NCBI GenBank assembly: GCA_963717145.1
Contig: OY970325.1
Location: 2,304,001-2,368,000, forward strand
Length of the DNA stretch: 64,000 nucleotides
Source of the DNA: an uncultured Armatimonadetes bacterium
Lineage (GTDB): Bacteria; Armatimonadota; UBA5829; DTJY01
Reading direction: 5' to 3'
Positions 22,474 through 32,122 of the stretch are shown in pieces; positions within the stretch are counted from its first letter, which is position 1; the number at the start of each line of letters is the position of its first letter. A program made the position numbers and the translations under genes. The notes below the pieces were generated by a model, which saw only the letters and a program-made list of their open reading frames with translations, did not search any database and was not told the DNA's origin.

Positions 22474-22502
22474 TTGACAAAGATTATACCACGATGTAGA
22501 AT
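22474..22502 (+). promoter_or_regulatory. Sigma70 promoter of the ANTAR two-component operon
   Basis: TTGACA-17 bp-TAGAAT. Confidence 0.7.
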
Positions 22503-22522
22503 ATCCGGACAAGGACGAACGT

Positions 22523-22626
22523 GTAGGAGGGATTTGTCGGGAGGCCTTGTGCCCGATAATCCCGATTGTCGTGGCGGATCGGATCGGGATTATCGGGCAC
22601 AAGGCCTCCCGACAAATCCCTCCTGC
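22523..22626. repeat. GTAG-type long palindrome, family C (GTAGGAGGGATTT...)
   Basis: Near-perfect arms; related copy at 38419-38512. Confidence 0.88.
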
Positions 22627-22683
22627 ATGTCTCGCCATGAGATACGTTCGCCTTGGATAGAGTGATTCTCCCGGAGGTACTCG

Positions 22684-23259
22684 ATGGACTCCCTGCGTAT
22701 ACTTATCGCCGATGACGAATCTATCATCCGACTCGACCTGAAGAAGACCCTGGAAAGCATGGGCCACAAGGTGGTCGCCGAAGCCAGCGACGGCCAGAAG
22801 GCGCTCGAACTCGCGCGCAGTACGCCGATCGACCTCGCGATCCTCGACATCAAGATGCCCGAGATGGACGGCCTCGATGTCGCCAAGGTGCTCACGGAGG
22901 AGAAGATCGCTCCCGTCCTTCTGCTCACGGCCTACAGTCAGCGTGACCTGATCGATCGCGCGAAGGAGGCGGGCGTCTTCGGCTACCTCGTGAAGCCGTT
23001 CAAGGAGGCCGACCTCGTCCCCGCCATCGAGATCGCAATCTCCCGATACCGCGAGATGCAGGAACTCGAGAAGGAACTCGGCGATGTCTCCGAGCAGCTC
23101 GAGACGCGCAAGATCGTCGACCGCGCGAAGGGCATCCTCATGGACAAGCGCGGCATGAGGGAGCACGAGGCGTTCCGCTGGATCCAGGTCCAGAGCATGA
23201 ACAACCGCAAGTCGATGCGCGAAGTCGCCGAAGCGGTGATTCTCACTCAAGATGTCTAG
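22684..23259 (+). CDS. ANTAR-domain response regulator (PdtaR/EutV-like)
   Basis: Receiver motifs ADDE, LDIKMP, LTA, KPF; ANTAR motif RKIVDRAKGILM...EAF...SM. Confidence 0.93.
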   Translation: MDSLRILIADDESIIRLDLKKTLESMGHKVVAEASDGQKALELARSTPIDLAILDIKMPEMDGLDVAKVLTEEKIAPVLLLTAYSQRDLIDRAKEAGVFGYLVKPFKEADLVPAIEIAISRYREMQELEKELGDVSEQLETRKIVDRAKGILMDKRGMREHEAFRWIQVQSMNNRKSMREVAEAVILTQDV

Positions 23260-23301
23260 CTGGGATGCTGGAGTACTGGAGTACTGGCGCGGGCCGGCAA
23301 G

Positions 23302-23505
23302 ATGATCAAGAATGATGAGCAGCTACAGCTAGCCAAACAAGCGGCTAGGAATCTGGAGACTATCCTTGAGGTAGCTCGAAGAACGCACCCTCCCAGGGAG
23401 TACAAGGCCATGTCGGAACCGATACTTCTGGAGCTTCAACAGCGGGAAAGCGAGATTTTGGAGTATCTCAGTTATCCCGAACAGCAGGAAACTGCTGCGG
23501 GATAG
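23302..23505 (+). CDS. Small hypothetical helical protein
   Basis: 67-aa ORF filling the gap between regulator and kinase; ends 3 nt before the next ATG. Confidence 0.6.
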   Translation: MIKNDEQLQLAKQAARNLETILEVARRTHPPREYKAMSEPILLELQQRESEILEYLSYPEQQETAAG

Positions 23506-23508
23506 AGC

Positions 23509-25167
23509 ATGCAGATGGGTGAGGTCGAAGTAGATCAGGGCCAAGTTCACCGGCTGGAGGAAGCGCTGGCCGAGAAGGACATCGAGGTCGAGGCGCTCCG
23601 GAAGCTCGGGCAGGCGATCGGCTCGTCCTTCGACGTCCAGCACATGCTCGACGTCGTGGCTGAGATCGCCATCCAGGTCACGGGTACGGACACCTGCTAC
23701 ATCTATCTCCTCGACGACACCGCCGAGGAACTCGTGCTCCGGTCGGTCAAGGGCGACCCCACGAAGGACATCGTCGGCAAGTGGCGGCTGAAGGTCGGCG
23801 AGGGCATCACCGGTTGGGTCGCTCAGACCCGCCAGCACGTCGCGATCGGCAAGGAGGCATTCCGCGACGAACGGTACAAGGCGTTCGAGACCGAGGACCT
23901 CTTCCAGTCGATGCTGTCCGTTCCGCTCGTGGCGGAAGACCAGCTCATCGGCGTCATCAACATCCGCACCAAGCCGTCCCACGAGTACACCGAGGGCCAG
24001 CGCCGGCTGATGGACCACATCGCCGAGCAGGTGGCAAATGCGCTCCACTCCTCGCAGCTCTACCGCCAGATGCAGGAGCAGGTCTCCCACCTCTCGACGC
24101 TCTCCGAGGTCAGCCGCTCGATCACATCGGGCATGTACCTCGATGAGATCCTCAACCTGATCGTCGCCATGACCGCCGAATCGATGAACTTCAAGATCGT
24201 AACGGTCATGCTCGTCGATGAGGAGAAGCAGGAACTCGTCATCCGCGCGACCCAGAGCAGCAGCCGGGAGTACATCCACAAGCCGAACCTCAAGCTCGGT
24301 GAGAGCCTCGCGGGGAAGGCGATCTCCGAGGGACGGCCGATCACCGTCCTGGATGTGCGCGAGACCCCCGAATACCGCTATCCGGACATCGCGCGCCGCG
24401 AGGGGCTCTGCTCGTTCATCTGCGTGCCGTTGAGGTTCCGCGACAAGATCATCGGCGTGCTCAACTGCTACACTGACAAGCCGCACGTCTTCACGCCCGA
24501 GGAGATCAACGTCCTGTCGGCGCTGGGGAGCCATGCCGCAATCGCCATCGACAACGCCAAGCTGCTCGTCCGATCGGCCATCGTCCAGGAGATGCACCAT
24601 CGGGTGAAGAACAACCTGCAGACGATTGCGAGCCTCCTCCGCCTGCAGATGCACTACTCAAAGTTCGCGTCCGTCGAGCAGGTCCTCCAGGAGAGCATCA
24701 ACCGCATCCTGAGCATTGCCGCGGTACATGAGGTCCTCTCCCAGGAGCAGTTCGATGTCGTAAGCATCAGGACCGTGACGGAGAACATCCTGCAGGCGAC
24801 GTGTCAGAGCCTCCTCTCGCCCGGGAAGACCGTGGAGACCGCCGTTCTCGGCGCGGACATCGCTCTTCCGCCCTCGAAGGCAACTTCGGTCGCCCTCATC
24901 CTGAACGAGTTGATCCAGAATGCCGTGGAGCACGGGTTCAAGGAGATCGAGACGGGGAGCATCGAAGTGAGCATCGAGGAAGTCGACCGCGAGATCAAGC
25001 TGACGGTCACGAATGACGGCACGCCACTTCCCGAGGGCTTCGATCTGCACAAGAACCGCAACCTCGGCCTCCAGATCGTCGAGAACCTCGTCCGCGACGA
25101 TCTCCACGGCCGCTTCTCGCTCTCCAACAGCGACCGCATCCGCGCGACGGTCGTCTTCCCCAAGTAG
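23509..25167 (+). CDS. Soluble double-GAF sensor histidine kinase (HisKA_2, PdtaS/EutW-like)
   Basis: Two GAF-like segments; EMHHRVKNNLQ H-box; NELIQNAVEHG; LGLQIV. Confidence 0.92.
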   Translation: MQMGEVEVDQGQVHRLEEALAEKDIEVEALRKLGQAIGSSFDVQHMLDVVAEIAIQVTGTDTCYIYLLDDTAEELVLRSVKGDPTKDIVGKWRLKVGEGITGWVAQTRQHVAIGKEAFRDERYKAFETEDLFQSMLSVPLVAEDQLIGVINIRTKPSHEYTEGQRRLMDHIAEQVANALHSSQLYRQMQEQVSHLSTLSEVSRSITSGMYLDEILNLIVAMTAESMNFKIVTVMLVDEEKQELVIRATQSSSREYIHKPNLKLGESLAGKAISEGRPITVLDVRETPEYRYPDIARREGLCSFICVPLRFRDKIIGVLNCYTDKPHVFTPEEINVLSALGSHAAIAIDNAKLLVRSAIVQEMHHRVKNNLQTIASLLRLQMHYSKFASVEQVLQESINRILSIAAVHEVLSQEQFDVVSIRTVTENILQATCQSLLSPGKTVETAVLGADIALPPSKATSVALILNELIQNAVEHGFKEIETGSIEVSIEEVDREIKLTVTNDGTPLPEGFDLHKNRNLGLQIVENLVRDDLHGRFSLSNSDRIRATVVFPK

Positions 25168-25233
25168 GTTTCCCCTCGTCACGCCACGGGAATGTGGTCG
25201 ATGCAACTGCTGATTCCAGAGGGGGGACTCATC

Positions 25234-25623
25234 ATGGCGATTCAAGACGTGATCAAGTCGGTCAGCGACAACGTCGGCCACGTGGCGACTGTCAACACCG
25301 TGTTCGGCGAGGCGAGAGTGATGGACCACCGGGCGCTCATCCCCGTCGCGCTCGTCACAGGCGGATTCGGGGCGGGCGGCGGCGAAGGAAAGCGTCCGGC
25401 CCAGGAAGAGGGCAAGCGCCAGGAAGGCTCAGGAGGCGGGGGTGGCGGCGGATTCATCGTTCGCCCGCTCGCGGTCCTCGAAGTTTCGGAGAACCAGACC
25501 CGGTTGATCCCGATCCTCGACATGACGAAGATCATCCTGGCCGGGTTCGGAATCCTCGGGGCGGGGCTCTTCGTGCTCGGACGCTCGATGGGCAAGTCCG
25601 AGCGCAAGCATCACGGTCACTGA
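25234..25623 (+). CDS. GerW/YtfJ family protein
   Basis: TVFGE...IPV...GFGAGGG...GGGGGGG...P-x-AVL pattern. Confidence 0.8.
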   Translation: MAIQDVIKSVSDNVGHVATVNTVFGEARVMDHRALIPVALVTGGFGAGGGEGKRPAQEEGKRQEGSGGGGGGGFIVRPLAVLEVSENQTRLIPILDMTKIILAGFGILGAGLFVLGRSMGKSERKHHGH

Positions 25624-25637
25624 ATGGGCCTCATCGG

Positions 25638-28466
25638 TCACATAGGTCCCATAAGTCCCATAGGCCCTATCCGGTCCCCGAACGCCCGATACACGCGCAC
25701 GTCCGCGGACTGAGAGAGCGGCTTGCCGTCGAGACTGCGCGCGGTCATCATCGTCGGCTGATCGAGCTTCCGTCCGGCATGCTCCGTCGCGTAGAAGGCG
25801 ACGTATGTCGGGCTCTCGATGAGGAAGCCGTACTTCGGAAGGACCGCGTTCTTCGTCCGATAGGGCTGATCGCCGTAGTTGACGGTGACCATCACGTCCC
25901 CGAACCGCGTGCGCTCGACCGAGCGGTCCGGCGTGAGGAACTCGTGGCTCGTCATCGTGGTGAACGCAGTCAGTCGGGCGAGCGGTGAGAGCACCTCGTA
26001 CGTGTTCTTGATGAAGCGGTCGGTCTCATTGAGCGGCGACGACTCGAGGTCGGCGAAGGAGAAGCCCTCGACGTTCCCTGCCCCGGCCTGCTCGAAGTAG
26101 AGGTGCGCCCCGAACTGGTAGACCGGCATCTCGGCGTACAGGATGTGATCGAGGACGTACTCCGGTCGGGACGCGCTCGCCCGGTCGCCTTGATGCGTGT
26201 ACAGGTTGATGCAGTCGCCGTAGACCATCTCGAACAGCGGGATGACGATCTCGCGCTCGGGGCGCTGAGTCTTGTGGCTCAGGATTCCCTCGAAGTAGTC
26301 CGCGCACGGAACCGCCCACTCCTGGCCCTCCTCGCTGCCGAGGAGGCCGAACGTCTCGCGCGCGTAGTTGCTCAATGCCGTCTTCCAGCGCATGTCATCG
26401 GTCCGGCTGATCGGATGATCCTCTGAGAAGCACTCCTGCAAGCCCGCCGCGAAGGTCGTGTCGATGAAGTAGATCGTCGGGTCGAAGAGCCGCTTCACCT
26501 CGGGCAGGTTCTGATCCCTCTTCGCCAGTTCGAGCGCCTTCTTCGAGCACGTCACATACGCCTGACCGCCGGCCCAGACGCCGCCCATCGCCGGCGAGCC
26601 GTCCACGTGCTTCATGAGGAAGCTCTCGTCCCACGAGGGGGCGTCCTTGTACATGTCCTGGTAGTTGTCGTGCAGGCCGAAGAGGTAGTCCAATGCTTTG
26701 ACCCTCTTCCCGCAGTCGATCAGGCCGTCGTTCCCGCCGCATTCGGGAGCGGCGGGGAGGATGTCGGGGTGCTGGTTGTCGTACCCGCGATGGATCCATC
26801 CCGCGAGAACCATCATCGCCTTGTCGATGCCAACATCAGCCCTCAGATGCTCGGCGATCCGGGCGCATTCCTCGAAGGTGTAGCCGAAGTCGACGCGATC
26901 CTCGGTCGACTGATTCCACCTTGTGCCGGCGAGTCGTCGGGAGAGCACGAACGGCTTGAAGTCTGCCGCGCCGATGATCTTCTCCACCTGCGGCCTGGCC
27001 TCGATCTTGTCCTGCAGGGTCGAGAGGAAGCCCTTCTCCTTCGCGGCGTCGCGGTACGCGTGGGCGATCTCGGAGTATCCACCCTTGCCCAGCGGCCTCA
27101 GGACGAACGATCGCGCGGTTCGCTGCAGTTCCAGCGAGACGGAGACCATCCCGTGGCCGGGGACGTTCGGCATGTCGGGCCACGAGCGCTCGACCTCCAG
27201 GTCCGCGTACGGATCGTCCCACCAGACGAGCATCGCCGAGCCGTTCTTGACGACGCCCGCCATCGCCATGGAGTACGATCGGAAGTTGCTGTAGGCGGTA
27301 TAGCGGTTGAGAGTGGTAAGCCCTTCGCCCGCGGGGATCATCAGTCCGAGGCGGTACGGGACCGCGAGGTATCCGCCCTCGGTGTCGGTCGCCCAGAGCG
27401 ACTTGTCGAGCAGTCGGACCGCCTCCACCTTCCACTCGCCCAGTACGTCCGTAGGGGAGGCCTTCAACGGCCTCCCGTCCTCGGGCAACGGCCTCCCGTC
27501 CTGGGCGACCGTTGAAGGATCGCCCCTACCATCCACTGCGTAGCTGAACTTCAATCCCTTCCCATCCGGGAGCAACTCGATCCAGACCCCGATCGTCGCG
27601 CCCGGATCACCCTCACCCCAACCCTCTCCCTCAGAGGGCGAGGGAGCACCAGACCCCCTCGCCCTCTGAGGGAGAGGGTTGGGGTGAGGGTGGTCCGACG
27701 CCGGCCTGCAGACGACGTTGATCCGCCTGCCACCCGTCGCCAGCATCTCGACGACCGCCAGCCGCGCGACGACGGTCCGCTCCCCGTTCGAGAGGCGCAC
27801 TTCCCCGAGGCCCTCATGCGCCGGGTTCGAATGCCAGACCTCGTCGGAGCGCTTGTCCCTGAGCCTCCACGTGCCCTTGCTCCGTGATATCGCGAACCGG
27901 AGCGTCTCATCCTCGATCACGACCGAATCCGCGATCCCCGACCTGAGCGCCTCGGACCGGCGGCTGACTTCCTCGGCGGTCATCTTCGGGGGCACGGCTA
28001 CGAGGTCCGGAGCGCCCTTCGAGACCTCGATCTCCGCGGGGTACTGGTCGCAGAACCGGCCTCTATCGTTGTAGATCCCGATGTGCAGGAAGTACTTCCC
28101 TTCCGCGATGCCCTGAGGGAAGTCGAGCGAGTACGCGCCATCCACGATCTCCATCCCCGCCTCCCACGCGCTGGTCGGAATCGCGGGCATGTGGTCCGCC
28201 TGAAAAACGATGTGGCGGCAATCCTTGTCGGGATGCTCCAGGTGTACGAAGATGTAGCAGTCCCCCGGCGACGGAGCGTTCCCCTCGTTGCGGAACTTCA
28301 ACGTGAGCGCGACTTCCCCGCCCGGCCTCACTTCCTGTGCGCTCAGTTGCGCTTCGATGCATACCGGCTTGAACAACGGCGTCGTCTCCTCCCCATGCGC
28401 CCGATCCGGCATCGCGCCGATCAGGGCAAGGTATGTGGCAAGCAGGACCAGGTGCGATAGTCTCAT
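25638..28466 (-). CDS. Secreted DUF5696/GH101-like glycoside hydrolase carrying in-frame repeat insertions
   Basis: Signal peptide; GW-x2-RGYDNQHPDILP, LHDNYQDMY, YFIDT, GSEEG, IPLFEMVYGD. Confidence 0.7.
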   Translation of the reverse strand: MRLSHLVLLATYLALIGAMPDRAHGEETTPLFKPVCIEAQLSAQEVRPGGEVALTLKFRNEGNAPSPGDCYIFVHLEHPDKDCRHIVFQADHMPAIPTSAWEAGMEIVDGAYSLDFPQGIAEGKYFLHIGIYNDRGRFCDQYPAEIEVSKGAPDLVAVPPKMTAEEVSRRSEALRSGIADSVVIEDETLRFAISRSKGTWRLRDKRSDEVWHSNPAHEGLGEVRLSNGERTVVARLAVVEMLATGGRRINVVCRPASDHPHPNPLPQRARGSGAPSPSEGEGWGEGDPGATIGVWIELLPDGKGLKFSYAVDGRGDPSTVAQDGRPLPEDGRPLKASPTDVLGEWKVEAVRLLDKSLWATDTEGGYLAVPYRLGLMIPAGEGLTTLNRYTAYSNFRSYSMAMAGVVKNGSAMLVWWDDPYADLEVERSWPDMPNVPGHGMVSVSLELQRTARSFVLRPLGKGGYSEIAHAYRDAAKEKGFLSTLQDKIEARPQVEKIIGAADFKPFVLSRRLAGTRWNQSTEDRVDFGYTFEECARIAEHLRADVGIDKAMMVLAGWIHRGYDNQHPDILPAAPECGGNDGLIDCGKRVKALDYLFGLHDNYQDMYKDAPSWDESFLMKHVDGSPAMGGVWAGGQAYVTCSKKALELAKRDQNLPEVKRLFDPTIYFIDTTFAAGLQECFSEDHPISRTDDMRWKTALSNYARETFGLLGSEEGQEWAVPCADYFEGILSHKTQRPEREIVIPLFEMVYGDCINLYTHQGDRASASRPEYVLDHILYAEMPVYQFGAHLYFEQAGAGNVEGFSFADLESSPLNETDRFIKNTYEVLSPLARLTAFTTMTSHEFLTPDRSVERTRFGDVMVTVNYGDQPYRTKNAVLPKYGFLIESPTYVAFYATEHAGRKLDQPTMMTARSLDGKPLSQSADVRVYRAFGDRIGPMGLMGPM
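27451..27529. repeat. Family A GTAG REP located inside a CDS
   Basis: Same units as intergenic copies at 7373 and 12194. Confidence 0.9.
27608..27692. repeat. Perfect palindrome (37-bp arms, 11-nt loop) inside a CDS
   Basis: CACCCTCACCCCAACCCTCTCCCTCAGAGGGCGAGGG and its reverse complement. Confidence 0.92.
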
Positions 28467-28586
28467 GTGATCTCCCTACCTGACTATTCGGCGGACCGCG
28501 CGCATCTCCCTGTAGTCAATCTGCCGGAGAAATGGTATACTTCGCACTATGCCCGTCACCGAACCCGATGTGCCAGGAGCCGCGAG

Positions 28587-30005
28587 TTGATAGATCGACT
28601 GAGCAGCCTGCTTCAGCCGCATGGATATAGCGTCTACCCACGGTCATTCCGAACGACCGGCGGCGGCGACATCTTCGTCGCGCGCCGTGGGACCAGGAAG
28701 CTGATCGGACTCGCAAGACCCGATGCGCGCGTCCTGTTGGATGCGTGCGTCTTCGGGCCGGTCAAGCTCCCTACCAGCGAGATCATGAGCCTGCATACGC
28801 CGACGTGGGAGAACTACGAGGCGCTCCGACTCCTCATGCCGCTCGGCCCGACCCGATGCGACCGGGACGCGTCCATCGGCATGGGGGACCGGCTCGGAAT
28901 GGTGACCGCCGCGCACCTGAATGCGCTCGGCAAGTGTCCAGTCTTCCCGGTGATCGCCCAACAGTCGCCGAGGGAGTTGCGCAAGACCGGGCGCACGTTC
29001 AAAGGCGTGCTGCTCGATGCCGTCATGGGCGTGCTGGAGGTCGGGTTCACGGGGACGTGGGGCGCGGACGCCGATCACATCAAGGAAGAGGCGCAGCTCA
29101 TCGAGGCAGTCCGCGCGGGATACAGCATGTACACGCTGGACCTCAGCGGATGGACTGAGTCGCCTGATCAATCCCATCCTTCCCATCTGTCTCATCCGTC
29201 CCATCTGAGCCGCCGGATCGTGGAGAAGTGCTCAGGCCTGGAGGTCGCAGGTCACACGGTATCGGAGGAGGAACTCATCCGCTCGGCGACGATCTACCAG
29301 GCCGCGATGGAGAACGCCGTGCGCTTCCACGAAGGCATCAGAAGCTCGATCCCGAGCTTCGACCTCGAGATATCCATCGACGAGGGCTCGAAGCAGACCT
29401 CGCTCGAAGACCATCTCTTCGTCGCCGAATACCTCCACGCGCAGGGGATCGAGTTCACGAGCCTCGCGCCGAAGTTCCCGGGCAAGTTCCGCAAGGGGAT
29501 CGACTACATCGGCGAGGGGCCGGTGCTCACCGCCTCGATGGAGATGCACGCGGCGCTCGCCCGGATGATCGGCGGCTACAAGCTGAGCCTCCACTCCGGG
29601 AGCGACAAGATCAGCGTGTATTGCCCGTTTCAGGACATCACGGAGGGGCGCTTCCACGTCAAGACCTCGGGCACATCGTGGCTGGAGGCGATGACGTTCA
29701 TCTCGCAGACGGACAAGCCGCTCTTCCGCGAGATGTACCGCGTCGCGCTCGACAACCTCAGTGAGAGCGTGAAGGCCTACGACACGGAGATCAACATCAA
29801 CGACTTCCCACAGGAGCTTCCCCGCGACACATACATCTCCCGCGCCGATGCGAATATGCGCCAACTCTGGCACATATCATACGGCGTCCTGCTCGATCAC
29901 TTCGGCGACGCCATCCGCGCGGTCCTCGCCGAACATGAGGCCAAGCACTACGAGTCGGTCCGAAACAACATCGCCGGGCATCTGTACCTGCTCCGTCCGC
30001 TCTGA
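28587..30005 (+). CDS. uxaE: Tagaturonate/fructuronate epimerase (UxaE family)
   Basis: GMGDRLG, AQQS-x-RE-x2-RT-like, GADADHIK, EISIDE, LSLHSGSDK, HVKTSGTSWLEA; TTG start after AGGAG (uncertain). Confidence 0.85.
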   Translation: MIDRLSSLLQPHGYSVYPRSFRTTGGGDIFVARRGTRKLIGLARPDARVLLDACVFGPVKLPTSEIMSLHTPTWENYEALRLLMPLGPTRCDRDASIGMGDRLGMVTAAHLNALGKCPVFPVIAQQSPRELRKTGRTFKGVLLDAVMGVLEVGFTGTWGADADHIKEEAQLIEAVRAGYSMYTLDLSGWTESPDQSHPSHLSHPSHLSRRIVEKCSGLEVAGHTVSEEELIRSATIYQAAMENAVRFHEGIRSSIPSFDLEISIDEGSKQTSLEDHLFVAEYLHAQGIEFTSLAPKFPGKFRKGIDYIGEGPVLTASMEMHAALARMIGGYKLSLHSGSDKISVYCPFQDITEGRFHVKTSGTSWLEAMTFISQTDKPLFREMYRVALDNLSESVKAYDTEININDFPQELPRDTYISRADANMRQLWHISYGVLLDHFGDAIRAVLAEHEAKHYESVRNNIAGHLYLLRPL

Positions 30006-30043
30006 TCCCAGTCGGCCTGCGCCCACTGTGATGGGTGCGGGCG

Positions 30044-31045
30044 CTACTTCGCCGGGTTCCACATGACCGCGTGTTCGTTGCCATCCTTGTCACGCGCCGC
30101 CCCGACGATGACGCCCGCGTCATTGATGTCATTCGCCCAACTCCCACGGCCGCCGAGCGTTCCCAGATCGGTCGGGACGCCGTTCGAATCCCAGACGACG
30201 GGGTGGATCTCGTTGTCGTCAGAGACGCACTGCCCGGCGATTACTCCCTTGCTGTTGATGCAGTCGGCGGAGCCGCCGCGGAAGCCTTCGGGCAGGTCCA
30301 GAATGGTGAACTTGCCGCTCCGGAGCACAAAGGGACGTTTTCCGACGGCGGTCGCATGGACGCCAACAACGGCCCCGTCGTCGGAGATGTCCTCCACGGC
30401 ACTCGGATCCAGCATGCCCTTGATGGGCCGCATCTTTCCGTTCTCCCACCACGCATGGTAGTACTTCTCGCCGCTGATCTTCATCGTGCACGCAGCCTGC
30501 CCCTTGTCGTTCAGTGCAACCATGTGGATGCCCGCCGTATGCGACGGCATCGGCAGAGCCTTCATAGTGCCGTTGTGGCGATAGGAAGGCTTCCAGTATC
30601 CTTTGTCATTGATGCACCAGCCGGCGATATCGCCCTGGTCGTTGATTGCAGAAGGGCTGACTGCTGCATATCCGGGCAGACCCCCGATCTTCTTGAAGAC
30701 GCCATTCCGCAGGACATACGCCCCACTCTTCGTAATGGTCAGAATCTGTCCCGCGTCGTTGATATCTGTGACCTGCGTTTCGTCCGCGGAGACAGGCGAC
30801 TTGACCTGCGTCATCCGGCCGTTCTCCCACAGGAACGACCGGATGAGGGGCTCGTCCTTGCCCTTGACCTTCCGCGCGAACTCGCACTTCCCAACCACCT
30901 GGCCCTTGTTGTTGAGAGCGATGGCGGTGCTGTTCACGGCCCCGGGGAGGATGCCGAGGTCCATGATAACGTACTTCGTCTCGGCGGTGGCGAGGTTGGC
31001 GGTGAGAAGGGTGAGGACGGTGATCGAATAGACGAGACGGCGCAT
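30044..31045 (-). CDS. Secreted HAF-type extracellular repeat protein, paralog 3
   Basis: Signal peptide, DLGILPG, repeated INxxG-x-VVG units, DLGTLGG, HAVMW. Confidence 0.8.
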   Translation of the reverse strand: MRRLVYSITVLTLLTANLATAETKYVIMDLGILPGAVNSTAIALNNKGQVVGKCEFARKVKGKDEPLIRSFLWENGRMTQVKSPVSADETQVTDINDAGQILTITKSGAYVLRNGVFKKIGGLPGYAAVSPSAINDQGDIAGWCINDKGYWKPSYRHNGTMKALPMPSHTAGIHMVALNDKGQAACTMKISGEKYYHAWWENGKMRPIKGMLDPSAVEDISDDGAVVGVHATAVGKRPFVLRSGKFTILDLPEGFRGGSADCINSKGVIAGQCVSDDNEIHPVVWDSNGVPTDLGTLGGRGSWANDINDAGVIVGAARDKDGNEHAVMWNPAK

Positions 31046-31078
31046 GGCAATGCCTCCGATGGTGTGATCGATCGGGCG

Positions 31079-32095
31079 CTACTTGACCGGCGTCCACATG
31101 ACCGCGTGGGAGGCGCCGGACTTGTCGAGCGACATCCCGATGAGCACTCCCGAGTTGTTGATGCCGGTCGCTCCGCTGTGCTTGCCGCCGAGCGTCGGGA
31201 GCGCGGTCGGGACCCCGGCCTTGTCCCACACGACCGCGCGCGTTCCATCCTCACCGGCCGCGCAGTAGCCGCCGATCACGCCACCGCTGTTTATGCAGGC
31301 GGGCAGTGGATCCTTGAGGCCCTTCGGCGCTATCAGGTACTTGGGCACGCCGTTCCGCATGACGCAGGGATGACTCTTGTCCGCAACAGAGCACCTCCCG
31401 ATGATCGTCCCGTCGTCCGAGATGGCATTCGGCTGCACACGGATCCGCGCCGGATCGTACTTCAGGTCCCTGAGCTTGCCGTTCTCCCACATCACCATGC
31501 GATCCGCCGCCGACCCGTCGATCGTCCCGAGGATGGCCGTGATCTGCCCCTTGTTGTTGAGGCTGCCGTAGTGCAGGAAGGGGAAGCGGGCGGGCTTCTC
31601 GAGGACCTTGGTGACGCCGTTGCGCCAGAGGAAGAGCACGGACTGCTCCGGCTGCCATTTCTCCTTGAAGCCGAAGCCAAGCACTTGGCCGAGGTTGTTG
31701 AGCTGGCCACCCACTTTGGAGTAGCCGGGGGGCGGCTCGATCTTCGTCGCCTTGCCTCCCTGGATGACGAACATGCCCTCCTCGCCGCATATCAGGACCT
31801 GGGACAAGTCGTTGATGTCAATGAAGATGTCGCCCTTCTTCACCGGCGACTCGATCTCCGAGATGCGCCCCTTGTCCCACAGGAACGGGCGCATCGGGGG
31901 ACGCCCCGCGCCCTCGAAGCCCTTCCTGCTCCCGCTCTGGCCGACGATCTGCCCCTTGCTGTTGATGGCGGCGGCCGTGCTATCCGTGTCGCCGGGCAGG
32001 ACGCCGAGGTCCTTGATGACGTACTTCGTCTCGGCGCAACTGAGGTTGCCGGCGATGAGGACGGTGAAGATGACTGCGCAGATGAGACGCCGCAT
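31079..32095 (-). CDS. Secreted HAF-type extracellular repeat protein, paralog 2
   Basis: Same architecture; GGAGG before ATG 32095. Confidence 0.8.
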   Translation of the reverse strand: MRRLICAVIFTVLIAGNLSCAETKYVIKDLGVLPGDTDSTAAAINSKGQIVGQSGSRKGFEGAGRPPMRPFLWDKGRISEIESPVKKGDIFIDINDLSQVLICGEEGMFVIQGGKATKIEPPPGYSKVGGQLNNLGQVLGFGFKEKWQPEQSVLFLWRNGVTKVLEKPARFPFLHYGSLNNKGQITAILGTIDGSAADRMVMWENGKLRDLKYDPARIRVQPNAISDDGTIIGRCSVADKSHPCVMRNGVPKYLIAPKGLKDPLPACINSGGVIGGYCAAGEDGTRAVVWDKAGVPTALPTLGGKHSGATGINNSGVLIGMSLDKSGASHAVMWTPVK

Positions 32096-32122
32096 GGTGA
32101 TGCCTCCCATAAAACCGTCGCC

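Noticed and set aside
21484-23250. Long N-terminal extension of LeuS (877-aa ORF)
   Set aside because: Read-through of a GC-rich frame overlapping real genes; LeuS homology starts at MADKYDF (21483).
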